Source of the DNA: Acidobacteriota bacterium
Lineage (GTDB): Bacteria > Acidobacteriota > UBA6911
Direction: 5' to 3'
Assembly (NCBI GenBank): GCA_003225335.1
Contig: QHZE01000460.1
Span: forward strand, 1 to 54,357
Length of the DNA: 54,357 bases
This document shows, piece by piece, positions 17,614-29,240 of this stretch (positions are counted from its first letter, which is position 1; every line of letters starts with the position of its first letter). Under the pieces are notes generated by a model. It was not told where the DNA came from and did no database searches. It saw only the letters and a program-made list of their open reading frames with translations. The translations under genes were made by a program, and so were the position numbers.

Positions 17614-18915
17614 ATGGAACAAAAGCCTCTCACTACGCTCCCCGGAACTCGGGATATCCTACCGGTTGAGATCCCGCGCTGGCACCTGGTTGAAGACCGC
17701 GCGCGGCAGGTGCTCGCTCTTTACGGGTTTCAGGAAATCAGGACCCCACTGCTCGAGGCGACAGAGCTCTTCGCTCGCGGCATTGGCGGCGACACGGACA
17801 TCGTGGGCAAGGAGATGTACACGTTTACCGACCAGGGAGGAACTTCGATCACCCTGCGTCCGGAAGTCACGGCGTCGGTGGTTCGGGCCTATACAGAGCA
17901 CCATATGTACCGGGGCGGCGGCATTACAAAACTTTACTATATCGGGCCGATGTTTCGTCATGAGAAGAAGCAAAAAGGGCGCTGGCGGCAGTTTTACCAG
18001 ATTGGCGCGGAGGTCCTGGGATCGGACGATCCCGCCGTCGAGGCGGAGGTGATCGAGATGATCCTCCGGCTTCTGGAACAGCTCCAGGTCGAAGCGAGAC
18101 TTCTCATAAACTCCGTTGGGGACCGTAACTGCCGGCCCGGTTTCATCGCAATACTCAAAGAGGCAATAAGTCAAGACCTGGGACGGTTCTGCGATGATTG
18201 CCGCAGGCGGGCTCAGACGAACACCCTGCGGGTTCTCGACTGCAAGGTGGAAAGCTGCCAGCCCTACATTAACCGGCTTCCGCGGATCACGGATCACCTG
18301 TGCCGGGAGTGCTCCGAGCATTTTCAGAAGTTCCAGGACCATCTCAGGGAGGCGGGCATCCGTTACGAGATCGTCCCAAGGCTCGTACGCGGTCTGGACT
18401 ATTACGTACGCACCGCCTTCGAGATGGTTAGCGGGGAACTGGGCTCTCAGAACGCTCTGGTCGGTGGAGGCAGGTACGACGGGCTTTCCGAGGTGCTGGG
18501 GGGGCCTCCGGTTCAGGGTTTCGGCTTTGCGCTGGGTCTGGATCGGCTGGTTATGATCCTTCCGGACAGTCTGGCCGAAGCTTCAGTCGACAGGCCGGAA
18601 GTGTACCTGGTGTATTTGTCCGATGAGGCCTTGAAGGCCGCCATCTCGATAGCTCGCCTGCTAAGGAGACAGGGCGTCCGCTGTCACCTGGAATTTGGGG
18701 CAGGGAGCCTCAAGAGCCAGATGCGGATGGCCAACAGAGTGGGTGCGAGGCACGTCCTGATCATCGGGCAGGATGAACTGGCCAAGGAACGATACTCTCT
18801 CAAGAGGATGGAAGACTCCAAACAATGGGAGGTCTCCCTCCCCGAATTGTCCCAATACCTGCAATCTCTGCCCGCCGCAGCCAGGAAGAATCCGTCGTCG
18901 ACCAATGACAAATGA
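17614..18915 (+). CDS. hisS: Histidine--tRNA ligase
   Basis: GTRDILP, LRPEVTA, RQFYQIGAE, LVRGLDYY, GGGRYDGL, GFALGLDRL. ATG 17614. Confidence 0.97.
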   Translation: MEQKPLTTLPGTRDILPVEIPRWHLVEDRARQVLALYGFQEIRTPLLEATELFARGIGGDTDIVGKEMYTFTDQGGTSITLRPEVTASVVRAYTEHHMYRGGGITKLYYIGPMFRHEKKQKGRWRQFYQIGAEVLGSDDPAVEAEVIEMILRLLEQLQVEARLLINSVGDRNCRPGFIAILKEAISQDLGRFCDDCRRRAQTNTLRVLDCKVESCQPYINRLPRITDHLCRECSEHFQKFQDHLREAGIRYEIVPRLVRGLDYYVRTAFEMVSGELGSQNALVGGGRYDGLSEVLGGPPVQGFGFALGLDRLVMILPDSLAEASVDRPEVYLVYLSDEALKAAISIARLLRRQGVRCHLEFGAGSLKSQMRMANRVGARHVLIIGQDELAKERYSLKRMEDSKQWEVSLPELSQYLQSLPAAARKNPSSTNDK

Positions 18916-18981
18916 CCAATGGCAAATGAAAAATGACAAATCTACAAATCCCTCACCCTTCATTTGTCATTGATCATTTGT
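18903..18981. repeat. AATGAC-family heptamer hairpin overlapping the hisS stop
   Basis: CAATGACAAATGACCAATGGCAAATGAAAAATGACAAAT ... CATTTGTCATTGATCATTTG. Confidence 0.75.
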
Positions 18982-19020
18982 GAACGCATTCCCAGGCGTC
19001 GCGGTGAAAAAAACGCTTCC

Positions 19021-20880
19021 ATGAGCAAGATCAAGGTCCTGCCCGAGACCCTTGCCAATAAGATCGCGGCAGGGGAAATCGTGGAACGGCCGGCTTCCGT
19101 GGTAAAGGAGCTGCTCGAGAATTCCGTCGATGCCGGCGCCGGCTCGGTCGCCGCGGCAGTGCAGTCCGGAGGCAAGCGCCTGCTCCAGGTGCGAGATGAC
19201 GGCGAAGGGATGACCCAGGACGATGCCATCCTCGCCTTCGAGCATCACGCCACCAGCAAACTGCAGACCGCGGAAGACCTCAATGCCATCGCAACGCTCG
19301 GGTTCCGCGGCGAGGCATTGCCGTCCATGGCTTCCATATCCCGATTGGTTCTCAGGACCCGCCATCCTTCCGATCCGGCGGCGGCGGGAACGGAAGTCGA
19401 AATTCAGGGGGGCACGCTGCGATCTGTTAAGACCGTCCCTTGGGAGAAGGGGACTGAAGTCACGGTCCGGGACCTCTTTTTCAACGTGCCTGCGCGCAGG
19501 AAGTTTCTGCGCTCCAACGATACGGAGCTTGGACACATTACCAGGCTCGTAACCCACTATGCCCTGGCCCACCCCGAGATGCGCTTCTCTCTTGAGAGCG
19601 ACGGGCGCGCGCTGTTCGATGTGGTCCCTGTGCCCACGTTGAAGGACAGGATTTACCAACTCTTTGGCGAGGGTTTCCTGGAGAATCTCGTGGAGGTCTC
19701 CGGCCGCGCGGGAAATGTTGAGGTCTATGGCTTCAGCTCGCGGCCGCATGAGCAGAAAACGAATCCGTACTCGCAGTTCTTCTACGTAAATCGCCGCATG
19801 GTGCGGGACAAGTTGATCGCAAGCGCCGTGCGCCAAGCCTACCGGAATTGCATTCCTGCCTCTGCGTATCCGGTCGTGCTTCTCTTCGTGCAGTTGCCCT
19901 TTGACGAGGTGGATGTCAACGCGCATCCGGCCAAGACCGAGATCCGCTTCAGACAGCAGGGGCTCGTCCACGATCTGATTCTGGATGCGATCCAGCGCGC
20001 GCTGGTCGGGAGTAAATCGATTCCGATTTACGAGCATCGCAGCGATGCGTGGCAGGAGGCTCCGATTCCTGGAAGCAATTTCCCGGGGAGCCCCTGGACC
20101 ACCAGGTCGGCTCCGGAATCCACACCATTTGATTTCACGCCGCCCAGTGCGGCCGCCGATCCATTCCAACGGGCTTTCAACTATCCCTTCCGAGATGAAA
20201 CTTCGGCTCCTCCTGAGTATCCGCAGGACCACCACGGTTTGCGCATACGGCCCGACATGCTGCTGGGAGCGCCCACCGAACTTGCTGCGAGTCCATTCGA
20301 TTTGTCGGGAGCCCGGATTCTCGGGCAGATCCATGACAGCTATGTCATCGCAAATGACAGCCGGGGCCTGTTGATCATCGATCAGCACGTGGCCCACGAA
20401 CGCATTCTCTACGAAAAACACGCTCAAGCTGTTCGACAGCAGTCCGTCGAGGTCCAGGGGTTGCTCGTACCCGTCGCGCTCGAGCTGCCTCCGCATCAAA
20501 CCGTCATTCTAGATCGATCTCTTCCGGAGCTCCGGAGGAGCGGTTTCCAGGTGGAACGGTTCGGGGGCAATTCGATTCTCGTCCGGTCTGTGCCCGCCGT
20601 CGCAAAGGATTACGACTGCCAGAAGGTGTTGTCGGAGATCCTTGAGGGGTTGGAGTCGGAGGACAGAACCTTGGATGTGGATCGCATCCGCGACAGGATC
20701 GCCGTCAGCATGGCCTGCAGGGGTGCAATTAAGGTCCATATGCCCCTGGCTATGGAAAAGATGCAGTGGTTGCTCGACGAACTGTGCAAGACAAAGATTC
20801 CGACGAATTGCCCGCACGGCAGGCCCATCATTCTTCGATTCAGCTTGTACGAGATCGAAAGAAACTTCGGCCGGATCTGA
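19021..20880 (+). CDS. mutL: DNA mismatch repair endonuclease MutL
   Basis: IAAGEIVERPASVVKEL, GFRGEAL, DQHVAHER endonuclease motif, ACR, CPHGRP. Confidence 0.97.
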   Translation: MSKIKVLPETLANKIAAGEIVERPASVVKELLENSVDAGAGSVAAAVQSGGKRLLQVRDDGEGMTQDDAILAFEHHATSKLQTAEDLNAIATLGFRGEALPSMASISRLVLRTRHPSDPAAAGTEVEIQGGTLRSVKTVPWEKGTEVTVRDLFFNVPARRKFLRSNDTELGHITRLVTHYALAHPEMRFSLESDGRALFDVVPVPTLKDRIYQLFGEGFLENLVEVSGRAGNVEVYGFSSRPHEQKTNPYSQFFYVNRRMVRDKLIASAVRQAYRNCIPASAYPVVLLFVQLPFDEVDVNAHPAKTEIRFRQQGLVHDLILDAIQRALVGSKSIPIYEHRSDAWQEAPIPGSNFPGSPWTTRSAPESTPFDFTPPSAAADPFQRAFNYPFRDETSAPPEYPQDHHGLRIRPDMLLGAPTELAASPFDLSGARILGQIHDSYVIANDSRGLLIIDQHVAHERILYEKHAQAVRQQSVEVQGLLVPVALELPPHQTVILDRSLPELRRSGFQVERFGGNSILVRSVPAVAKDYDCQKVLSEILEGLESEDRTLDVDRIRDRIAVSMACRGAIKVHMPLAMEKMQWLLDELCKTKIPTNCPHGRPIILRFSLYEIERNFGRI

Positions 20881-20963
20881 TTGATTTCGGATTGCGGATT
20901 TCGGATTGTCGTAATCGAAGCCGTCTACTAATTCCAAATCCGCAATCCGCAATCCGAAATCAA
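20881..20963. repeat. GATTGCG-family heptamer hairpin filling the mutL/accA gap
   Basis: Perfect 20-bp inverted arms TTGATTTCGGATTGCGGATT / AATCCGCAATCCGAAATCAA. Confidence 0.85.
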
Positions 20964-20964
20964 T

Positions 20965-21927
20965 TCAAGGGGCGTAGAGTTTGTTAAGCCGCACAACGGC
21001 GCCCATGCTCCGAAACTTCTGATAACGCTGCTCGCGCAATTGCGCGCCCGTCATGCCCAAGAGCGATTCCAGCGCCGGCCTCAGCTTGCCGTCCAGCATC
21101 TCCGCGGCGGCTTTGTGGTCCGTCTGTGCGCCGGCCGGGGGCTCCGGTACGATCTCATCGATGATGTGAAATTCCTGGAGGTCCGGAGCCGTCAACTTGA
21201 GGGCCTCCGCCGCCGCCTCCACATGGTCCTGGTCCTTCCATAGAATCGCGGAGCATCCCTCGGGAGTAATGACCGTGTAGACGGCGTTTTCCATCATCAG
21301 GATGTGGTTTCCGACGCCGATTCCCAGCGCTCCGCCGCTACCGCCTTCTCCAATGATACAGACAATCACAGGGACCGCGAGGCGGTTCATCTCGCGAAGG
21401 TTGTGCGCAATGGCTTCGGCCTGGCCCCTTTCTTCCGCCCCGACGCTGGGATAGGCGCCCGGCGTGTCAATGAAAGCGATGATGGGGCGCGAGAATTTCT
21501 CCGCGAGCTTCATGGCCCGCAGCGCCTTGCGATAACCTTCCGGTTGGGCGTAACCGAAATTGCGATACTGGCGCTGCTTCAGGTCGCGTCCTTTCTGATG
21601 TCCCACGACCATGACGTGATGCCCATGATAGCGCGCCATGCCGGCGACTATAGCCGGGTCGTCGCCAAAACGCCGGTCCCCGTGAATTTCTGAGAAGTCC
21701 TGAAAGAGGCGCTCCACATAGTCGAGCGTATAGGGGCGTTGCTCGTGCCGGGCCAGCAGCGTGCGCTCCCAGGCCTTGCTGCCGGGACGGATTGCTTCCC
21801 TGAGCCGCCGAAGCTCTGCCCGAAGCCGCTCGACTTCGGACCCCCGGCTGGAGGGCCGTTCCCGGGCCAGACGGTCGATGTCGGATTCGAGGGACCGTAT
21901 CTTGTCTGCTATTTCGTCGTCACTCAT
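20965..21927 (-). CDS. accA: Acetyl-CoA carboxylase carboxyltransferase alpha subunit
   Basis: ARH..RP, HGDR.FGDD.A, PEGYRKA, DTPGAYP, GEGGSGGALG. ATG 21927. Confidence 0.96.
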   Translation of the reverse strand: MSDDEIADKIRSLESDIDRLARERPSSRGSEVERLRAELRRLREAIRPGSKAWERTLLARHEQRPYTLDYVERLFQDFSEIHGDRRFGDDPAIVAGMARYHGHHVMVVGHQKGRDLKQRQYRNFGYAQPEGYRKALRAMKLAEKFSRPIIAFIDTPGAYPSVGAEERGQAEAIAHNLREMNRLAVPVIVCIIGEGGSGGALGIGVGNHILMMENAVYTVITPEGCSAILWKDQDHVEAAAEALKLTAPDLQEFHIIDEIVPEPPAGAQTDHKAAAEMLDGKLRPALESLLGMTGAQLREQRYQKFRSMGAVVRLNKLYAP

Positions 21928-21961
21928 CCCGCGGTCTCCGATAGGGAATCTGGCCTGGATG

Positions 21962-22023
21962 TGAAACCACAGATGAACACAGATAAACACAGATCTGTGT
22001 TTATCTGTGGTTTCATTTTGTCC
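21962..22023. repeat. Stand-alone module A palindrome
   Basis: GAAACCACAGATGAACACAGATAAACACAGATCTGTGTTTATCTGTGGTTTCATTTTGT. Confidence 0.85.
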
Positions 22024-22063
22024 ACCTTACGCAGACGAAACCTGCCGCTCGTGAATAATGTGG

Positions 22064-25000
22064 CTAGCTCATCACTTCTACAGAACCGGGCCCGCAAATG
22101 CCCTCTATCTCACGAATCAGCTCCGGGCTTGACTTGACTTTCACAAAGTCGGAGGAATGGATGGTAACACGGAAATCGTGGGGAAGGTACAACTCAACTT
22201 CGACCCCGGTCTCGCCACGGTTCTTCTCGAACAGACGATAGAGCTCCGTTGCGGCACCAGGGGCCAGGATCGGGACCGGGGCGCGGATGTGAAGCTTTCT
22301 GGCGTTTCGCGCCGAGGCCCCCTCCAGCGGCTGTATCTCGGAGGCCACAATCTTGAAGTTGTTTTCGTTTTCCACCTCGAACCGCCCGGTCACCAGGATA
22401 GGGCTGTCTGACTTCAGGAAAGGCTCTGCTTTGACATAGAGTGACGGAAAGACCACAGCCTCGACGGCCCCTGTCAAGTCTTCGAGCTTGAATGTGGCCA
22501 TCAGCTCCCCCTTTTTTGTGCGCCGGGTGCGGCACTCTGTGACGATTCCCGCCACCCGGCAATCCCCTGAGCTTCCATTGCTGAGGATCTCGGCCAGAGG
22601 CTTCTTGGCGAACTTCTCCAGCTCGCCGGCAAAGCGGTCCAACGGATGTCCGGACACGTAATAGCCCAGGGTTTCCTTCTCAAAGGCCAGTATCTGGTCG
22701 AGCGGCCATTCCGGGATATCCGGAGGGGCGGGTTCCGGTATCGTGGCAGCGCCGCCCGGCAAGTCCATGAACAGCCCCTTTTGCCCGCTCTGGCGATCTC
22801 GCTGGATCTTCTGCCCGTGTTCAATGGTGGCGTCGGCGCTCGCCGTGAGCTGAGATCTCTTCCATTGAAAGGAGTCCAGCGCGCCACACTTGATCAAACT
22901 TTCGAGAACGCGCTTGTTCAAGGCGCGCGCATCCACTTCCTCGCAAAAGTGGAAAAGGCTGCGGAACCGCCCGCGCTTACGACGGTAGTCGAGGATGGAT
23001 CGAATCGTCCCTTCGCCTACGTTCCGGATTGCCAGGAGGCCGAAACGTATCTTGTCCCCCACCGAACGGAAGTACAAGTCGCTTTCGTTCACGTCCGGAG
23101 GAAGAATGGGAATCCCCATGTTCCGGCACTCGGCGATGTACATAACGATCTTCTCCGTGTTTCCGATCTCGCTCGAGAGCAGGGAAGCCATGAACTGCAC
23201 GGGATGATGCTCTTTGAGATATGCCGTCTGATAAGCCAGGAGCGCATAAGCTGTGGAGTGCGACTTGTTGAACCCGTACTTGGCGAAGTGTTCCATAAGG
23301 TCGAAGATCTGAATCGCGACCTTCTCCGGTATCCTCTTTTGCCGCGCTCCCGTCAGGAACTTCTCCCGGTTGGATTTCATCGTGGCGCTGTCCTTCTTAC
23401 CCATCGCCTTGCGGAGGATGTCCGCCTCTCCGAGGGTGAATCCGCCCAACCGGCTGGCTATCTGCATGACCTGTTCCTGGTAGACAATGATGCCGTACGT
23501 CTCTTTCAGGATTGGCTCGAGGGACGGGTGCAGGTACTGCACTTCGATCTGGCCGTGCTTCCGCTTGATGAACTCGGGGATCATTTCCATGGGCCCGGGG
23601 CGGTACAGCGCATTGAGCGCGATGAGGTCTTCGAACCGTTCCGGACGCAGCTTGCGCAGCTCTGCCTTCATCCCGCCGCTCTCAAACTGGAATATTCCGT
23701 TAGTGCGCGCTTCGGAGAACAAGGCATAGACCTTGGGGTCGTTGAGCGGCAGCATCTGAAGGTCCAGCTCGATCCCTTTTTCTTCGTGGACGCGCTTCAC
23801 GGCCTCGTCCAACACGGTCAGCGTGGCAAGGGCCAGGAGATCCATCTTCAGCAGGCCGATAGTTTCCAGATCTTTCATGCTGTACTGCGTCGTGATTTCG
23901 TCCTTGTTCGACTTGTGCAGGGGAATAATCTCGACCAGTGGTTTCGGGGCGATGACGACGCCGGCCGCGTGCGTGGAAGCGTGACGGGACAGCCCTTCCA
24001 GCCGCTTTGCGATCTCGATGAGCCGCGCGATCTGCGGATTTTTCATCTCCTCGCGCAGCCGCGGTTCCTGTTCGATTGCCTTGTCTATTGTGATTTTCAG
24101 GTCGTTGGGGATCAGCTTCGCAATACGGTCCACGTCCCCGTACGAAATGTCCAGCGTTCTGCCGACGTCCCGTACGACGCCTTTGGCAGCCATAGTTCCG
24201 AAGGTGATGATCTGGCACACATTGTCACGGCCGTATTTCCGGCCCACGTAGTCCAGGACCTCGGCGCGCCGGTGCATGCAGAAATCCATGTCGATGTCGG
24301 GAGGCGCGATTCTTTCCGGGTTGAGAAAGCGTTCGAAGAAGAGGTCATACTGGAGAGGGTCGATATCGGTGATCCTCAGGCTGTAAGCCACCAGGCTGCC
24401 GACCACCGAGCCCCGTCCGGGCCCGACGGGAATGCGATTGTCGCGAGCATACTTGATGAGGTCCCAGACAATGAGGAAGTAGCTGGAGAACTTCGTCTTC
24501 TTGATCATTTCAATCTCGGATGCGAGCCGTTCCTCGTAAGCCGTGAGCGGATTCTTAAGCAGCCCTCCCCTTGCCATCCCCTCCAGTTGGGGGCGCCGGC
24601 CCTCAAAACCCTCACGCACAACCTTCTCGAAATACGAGTCCGCGGTGAATCCAGCCGGGACGTCAAAGGGAGGCAGATGCAGCTCCGAGGTGTCGATCTG
24701 GACATCACAACGCTCGGCGATGCGGACGGTATTCAGCATCGCCTCGGGCAGATGTCCCCAGACCTGATACATCTCTTCAAAAGACTTGAAGTAAAACTGG
24801 TCGGCGGCGTAACGCATCCGATCCGTCTCCTGGACGGTCTTGCCGGTGCCGATGCAGAGCAGCACGTCATGCGCTTCATGGTCCTCTCTGCGCAGATAAT
24901 GGGCGTCGTTCGTGCAGACCAGGGGGATGCCGCATTTCCCGGAGATTTCGAGGAGGCTGGGATTGATGCGGCGCTGCCCCGGCAGGTTGTGGTCTTGAAG

Positions 25001-25528
25001 TTCCAGGAAGAAGTTTTGCGGGCCAAAAATGTCCTGAAGCGCCCCGGCTTCCGCCAAAGCCGCATCGAACTGGTCCAGGAGCAGCCGTTCCGGTACGGCC
25101 CCCTTGAGGCAGCCCGAAAACGCAATCAGCCCCTTGCTGTGTTGCGAGAGAAGCTCTTTGTCCACGCGCGGCTTGTAGTAGAAGCCCTCAAGATAAGCGT
25201 AAGAAACGAGCCTGCTCAGGTTCTGATATCCCGCGGCATTTTCCGCCAGAAGTATGAGATGGTTGGACTGGTCGCCGCCCCCCGTTTTCTTGTGACGGCT
25301 TTCCTTGGCCACATACATCTCGCACCCGATGATGGGCTTGAGCCCCTTCGCTCGGGCCTTGGTGTAGAACTGAATTGCGCAAAAGAGGTTGCCGTGGTCG
25401 GTGATCGCCATGGCCGGCATCCCCATGGAGACGGCCGTGTCCACCAGCTGATCCACTTTGGACGCGCCGTCGAGCAGGCTGTAATCAGAATGATTGTGCA
25501 GATGAACGAATGCAGTCGGCTCGGCCAA
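22064..25528 (-). CDS. dnaE: DNA polymerase III alpha subunit
   Basis: PHP motif HLHNHSDYSLLDG, GPGRGS, PDIDMDF, HAAG, YGFNKSHS, and an OB-fold C-terminus. Confidence 0.98.
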   Translation of the reverse strand: MAEPTAFVHLHNHSDYSLLDGASKVDQLVDTAVSMGMPAMAITDHGNLFCAIQFYTKARAKGLKPIIGCEMYVAKESRHKKTGGGDQSNHLILLAENAAGYQNLSRLVSYAYLEGFYYKPRVDKELLSQHSKGLIAFSGCLKGAVPERLLLDQFDAALAEAGALQDIFGPQNFFLELQDHNLPGQRRINPSLLEISGKCGIPLVCTNDAHYLRREDHEAHDVLLCIGTGKTVQETDRMRYAADQFYFKSFEEMYQVWGHLPEAMLNTVRIAERCDVQIDTSELHLPPFDVPAGFTADSYFEKVVREGFEGRRPQLEGMARGGLLKNPLTAYEERLASEIEMIKKTKFSSYFLIVWDLIKYARDNRIPVGPGRGSVVGSLVAYSLRITDIDPLQYDLFFERFLNPERIAPPDIDMDFCMHRRAEVLDYVGRKYGRDNVCQIITFGTMAAKGVVRDVGRTLDISYGDVDRIAKLIPNDLKITIDKAIEQEPRLREEMKNPQIARLIEIAKRLEGLSRHASTHAAGVVIAPKPLVEIIPLHKSNKDEITTQYSMKDLETIGLLKMDLLALATLTVLDEAVKRVHEEKGIELDLQMLPLNDPKVYALFSEARTNGIFQFESGGMKAELRKLRPERFEDLIALNALYRPGPMEMIPEFIKRKHGQIEVQYLHPSLEPILKETYGIIVYQEQVMQIASRLGGFTLGEADILRKAMGKKDSATMKSNREKFLTGARQKRIPEKVAIQIFDLMEHFAKYGFNKSHSTAYALLAYQTAYLKEHHPVQFMASLLSSEIGNTEKIVMYIAECRNMGIPILPPDVNESDLYFRSVGDKIRFGLLAIRNVGEGTIRSILDYRRKRGRFRSLFHFCEEVDARALNKRVLESLIKCGALDSFQWKRSQLTASADATIEHGQKIQRDRQSGQKGLFMDLPGGAATIPEPAPPDIPEWPLDQILAFEKETLGYYVSGHPLDRFAGELEKFAKKPLAEILSNGSSGDCRVAGIVTECRTRRTKKGELMATFKLEDLTGAVEAVVFPSLYVKAEPFLKSDSPILVTGRFEVENENNFKIVASEIQPLEGASARNARKLHIRAPVPILAPGAATELYRLFEKNRGETGVEVELYLPHDFRVTIHSSDFVKVKSSPELIREIEGICGPGSVEVMS

Positions 25529-25531
25529 GAG

Positions 25532-27067
<1,536 letters not shown>

Positions 27068-27190
27068 GATTTACTCCCTGGTATTATTGATGCTCGTTTT
27101 TCGCGGCGTTTAGTTAACGTTAATAGGAAAAAATTACAATAGCGCAGCGATTTCGAATTTCAAGATTTTTGTGGTCCCGTTGGGCACAAA

Positions 27191-27277
27191 ATTCTTCGCG
27201 CTTCTTTGCGCCTTCGCGTCTTTGTGGTGAAAGAGTGTACGACGCATTCACCGCGAAGACGCAAAGACGCGAAGAAT
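27191..27277. repeat. CGCGAAG-family repeat hairpin
   Basis: ATTCTTCGCG..CTTTGCGCCTTCGCGTCTTTGTGGTGAA ... TTCACCGCGAAGACGCAAAGACGCGAAGAAT. Confidence 0.75.
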
Positions 27278-27311
27278 CACTAAGGATCGGGAGCTTGACG
27301 AAGCGGAGACG

Positions 27312-28316
27312 GTGATAAGTTCCTTACACTTTTCGCATCCCTGGGTGTGGGGCCTGACAGTGCTGCCCGTAGTGGTTTTTGCGCTGGGCTGGACTAGAGC
27401 TGGGCGGAGAGCGCCCTCTCTCGTGTTTTCGGCCTTCCCCTGGATTCCGATCTCTTTCGACAGCCTATCCTTTTGTCCCAGGGTGGCGGAGATCCTGAGA
27501 TTCCTTGCGGTCCTGAGCGTGCTACCGGTCATGGCCGGCATCGGGTCGCAGACGCCCATCCAGGCCAGCAGCCGGACCCCTCCAGCGTTGCTCATCGTCC
27601 TGGACATTTCCAGCTCGATGACTGCCGAGGACTTCAAACCTGAAAATCGCCTGCAGGAGGCGAAGAAAGACCTCAAGAACTTCATTGCCAATAATCCGCA
27701 CGCCGTCGTCGGTCTCATGGTCTTTGCGGCGGTACCCCGTCTTCTCGTACCTCTGACTTCCGATCATGAGACGGTCTTGAAAGCCTTGGAGAAGGCGGCG
27801 CCGGCGGGTTACGGCGAAGACGGCACCGCTCTGGGGAGCGGGATTGCAAGTGCCGCGAACCGGCTTCGCAATGGAACCTGGTCGAGCCGGAAGATCCTTC
27901 TGATCACGGACGGAGTGAACAACAGAGGGGCGCTCACGCCGTTAGACGCTGCGCGGCTCGCGAGAGAATTGGGCATCTCAATTCATGCGGTGGGCCTCGG
28001 CACCAACGAGATGGCACGCTACTTCGTCCCATCTGCCGCCGGCAGCTTGACGGAAGTTCGCGCGCGCATCGATATTGACGACGAGGCCCTCGCAGCGTTA
28101 GCCCAAGCGACAGACGGCTCGTATCAGCGTGTAAGAAACTCGGAAGAGCTTGGCCGCGCCCTCTCCTCCATATCACTCGGGGAAGCGCGGGCGGAGAGCA
28201 CCAGCAGCGCCGGCGAAGATCTCTTTTGGGTCCGGGCATGCACCTGGACGGCCTTGCTGCTTCTCGCCGTGGAATTCGCGCTCGTCCAATTCGTAATTTC
28301 GGAACTGCCGGGTTAA
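27312..28316 (+). CDS. BatA-like vWA-domain membrane protein
   Basis: N-terminal F..PW TM segment, MIDAS LDISSSM, PLT.D, GTALG, LLITDG.NN.G, C-terminal TM. Confidence 0.85.
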   Translation: MISSLHFSHPWVWGLTVLPVVVFALGWTRAGRRAPSLVFSAFPWIPISFDSLSFCPRVAEILRFLAVLSVLPVMAGIGSQTPIQASSRTPPALLIVLDISSSMTAEDFKPENRLQEAKKDLKNFIANNPHAVVGLMVFAAVPRLLVPLTSDHETVLKALEKAAPAGYGEDGTALGSGIASAANRLRNGTWSSRKILLITDGVNNRGALTPLDAARLARELGISIHAVGLGTNEMARYFVPSAAGSLTEVRARIDIDDEALAALAQATDGSYQRVRNSEELGRALSSISLGEARAESTSSAGEDLFWVRACTWTALLLLAVEFALVQFVISELPG

Positions 28317-28332
28317 CGGTAGGTCAACGGGC

Positions 28333-29229
28333 ATGCAGTGGAGGGACGGCTTGTATATCTTGCTTCTCCCCGTCGCCGTCGTAATCGCCTGGATCGTTGC
28401 GGAGCGCGCGCGTCTGCGGCGTCTGCGGTCCTTTGGCGATCCCGAGATTCTCGGCATGCCCGGGCGTAAGCGCACGCGGATTTTGGCGCTGGCACTTCTG
28501 ACCGGGAGCTTCGTCTTGCTCGCCGCCGTTTTGCCGTTTGCGGTCCCAAAGGCTGCGCCGTCTGACGGAGAGTCCCTTGTGGAGATACTCCTGGATTCAG
28601 GGATCGCAGAGGGCGGTGATTCCCAAGCGGCCGATGCGCTGGAGCTCATCGAAGAGAAGGTCCGCGCGGTAGTCAGACTCTCTCCTCGCTCCCACTTTGC
28701 GCTTTACAAGTCGGCAGACCCCTTACAAGTCGTTGTTCCGCCGACGACGGATGCCCAGGGTCTTCTGATCCTCCTGAACCGGCTGCGCGAGGAATGGCGG
28801 GGAGAAGCCCCGGTCTCCTTTTATGACAGCGTGGATGCTCTGCGGAGGCTCACTCCGAGCAAGAACTGGCGCCGGCGCATTGTTGGGATCGCAGCGCCCT
28901 CCCGGGCAGATTCCGCGGCCAAAAGTCCACCTCCTTCTTATGATGTCCCCGAGGTCTTGATCCTGAGAGTGACCCGAACAGCCCCTGATGAGTCCCCGGC
29001 GCCGGGAATTGAGACCGCCGCAAAGGATGCGGATGTCCAGGTCGCCGGCCTGCGCGAGTTTCTACGCGCGGAGAGGACGACGCAGCGCCGGTCCAGGAGC
29101 ACGCTTCAAGGTTTCACTTACAGCCAGTATCTGGCGTCGCTGGGCTTCTTCGCTTTGCTGGGAGAAGTTCTCGTATGCCGCTACTTTCGGGCGGCCACGC
29201 AGGGCCGCCCCTACGCGCCCAGGGGCTGA
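28333..29229 (+). CDS. BatB-like protein with degenerate vWA domain
   Basis: N-terminal TMs with LR.FG, ILLDSG and VVPPTTD matching vWA positions, C-terminal TM; follows batA-like gene. Confidence 0.6.
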   Translation: MQWRDGLYILLLPVAVVIAWIVAERARLRRLRSFGDPEILGMPGRKRTRILALALLTGSFVLLAAVLPFAVPKAAPSDGESLVEILLDSGIAEGGDSQAADALELIEEKVRAVVRLSPRSHFALYKSADPLQVVVPPTTDAQGLLILLNRLREEWRGEAPVSFYDSVDALRRLTPSKNWRRRIVGIAAPSRADSAAKSPPPSYDVPEVLILRVTRTAPDESPAPGIETAAKDADVQVAGLREFLRAERTTQRRSRSTLQGFTYSQYLASLGFFALLGEVLVCRYFRAATQGRPYAPRG

Positions 29230-29240
29230 AGGAGTGCAGG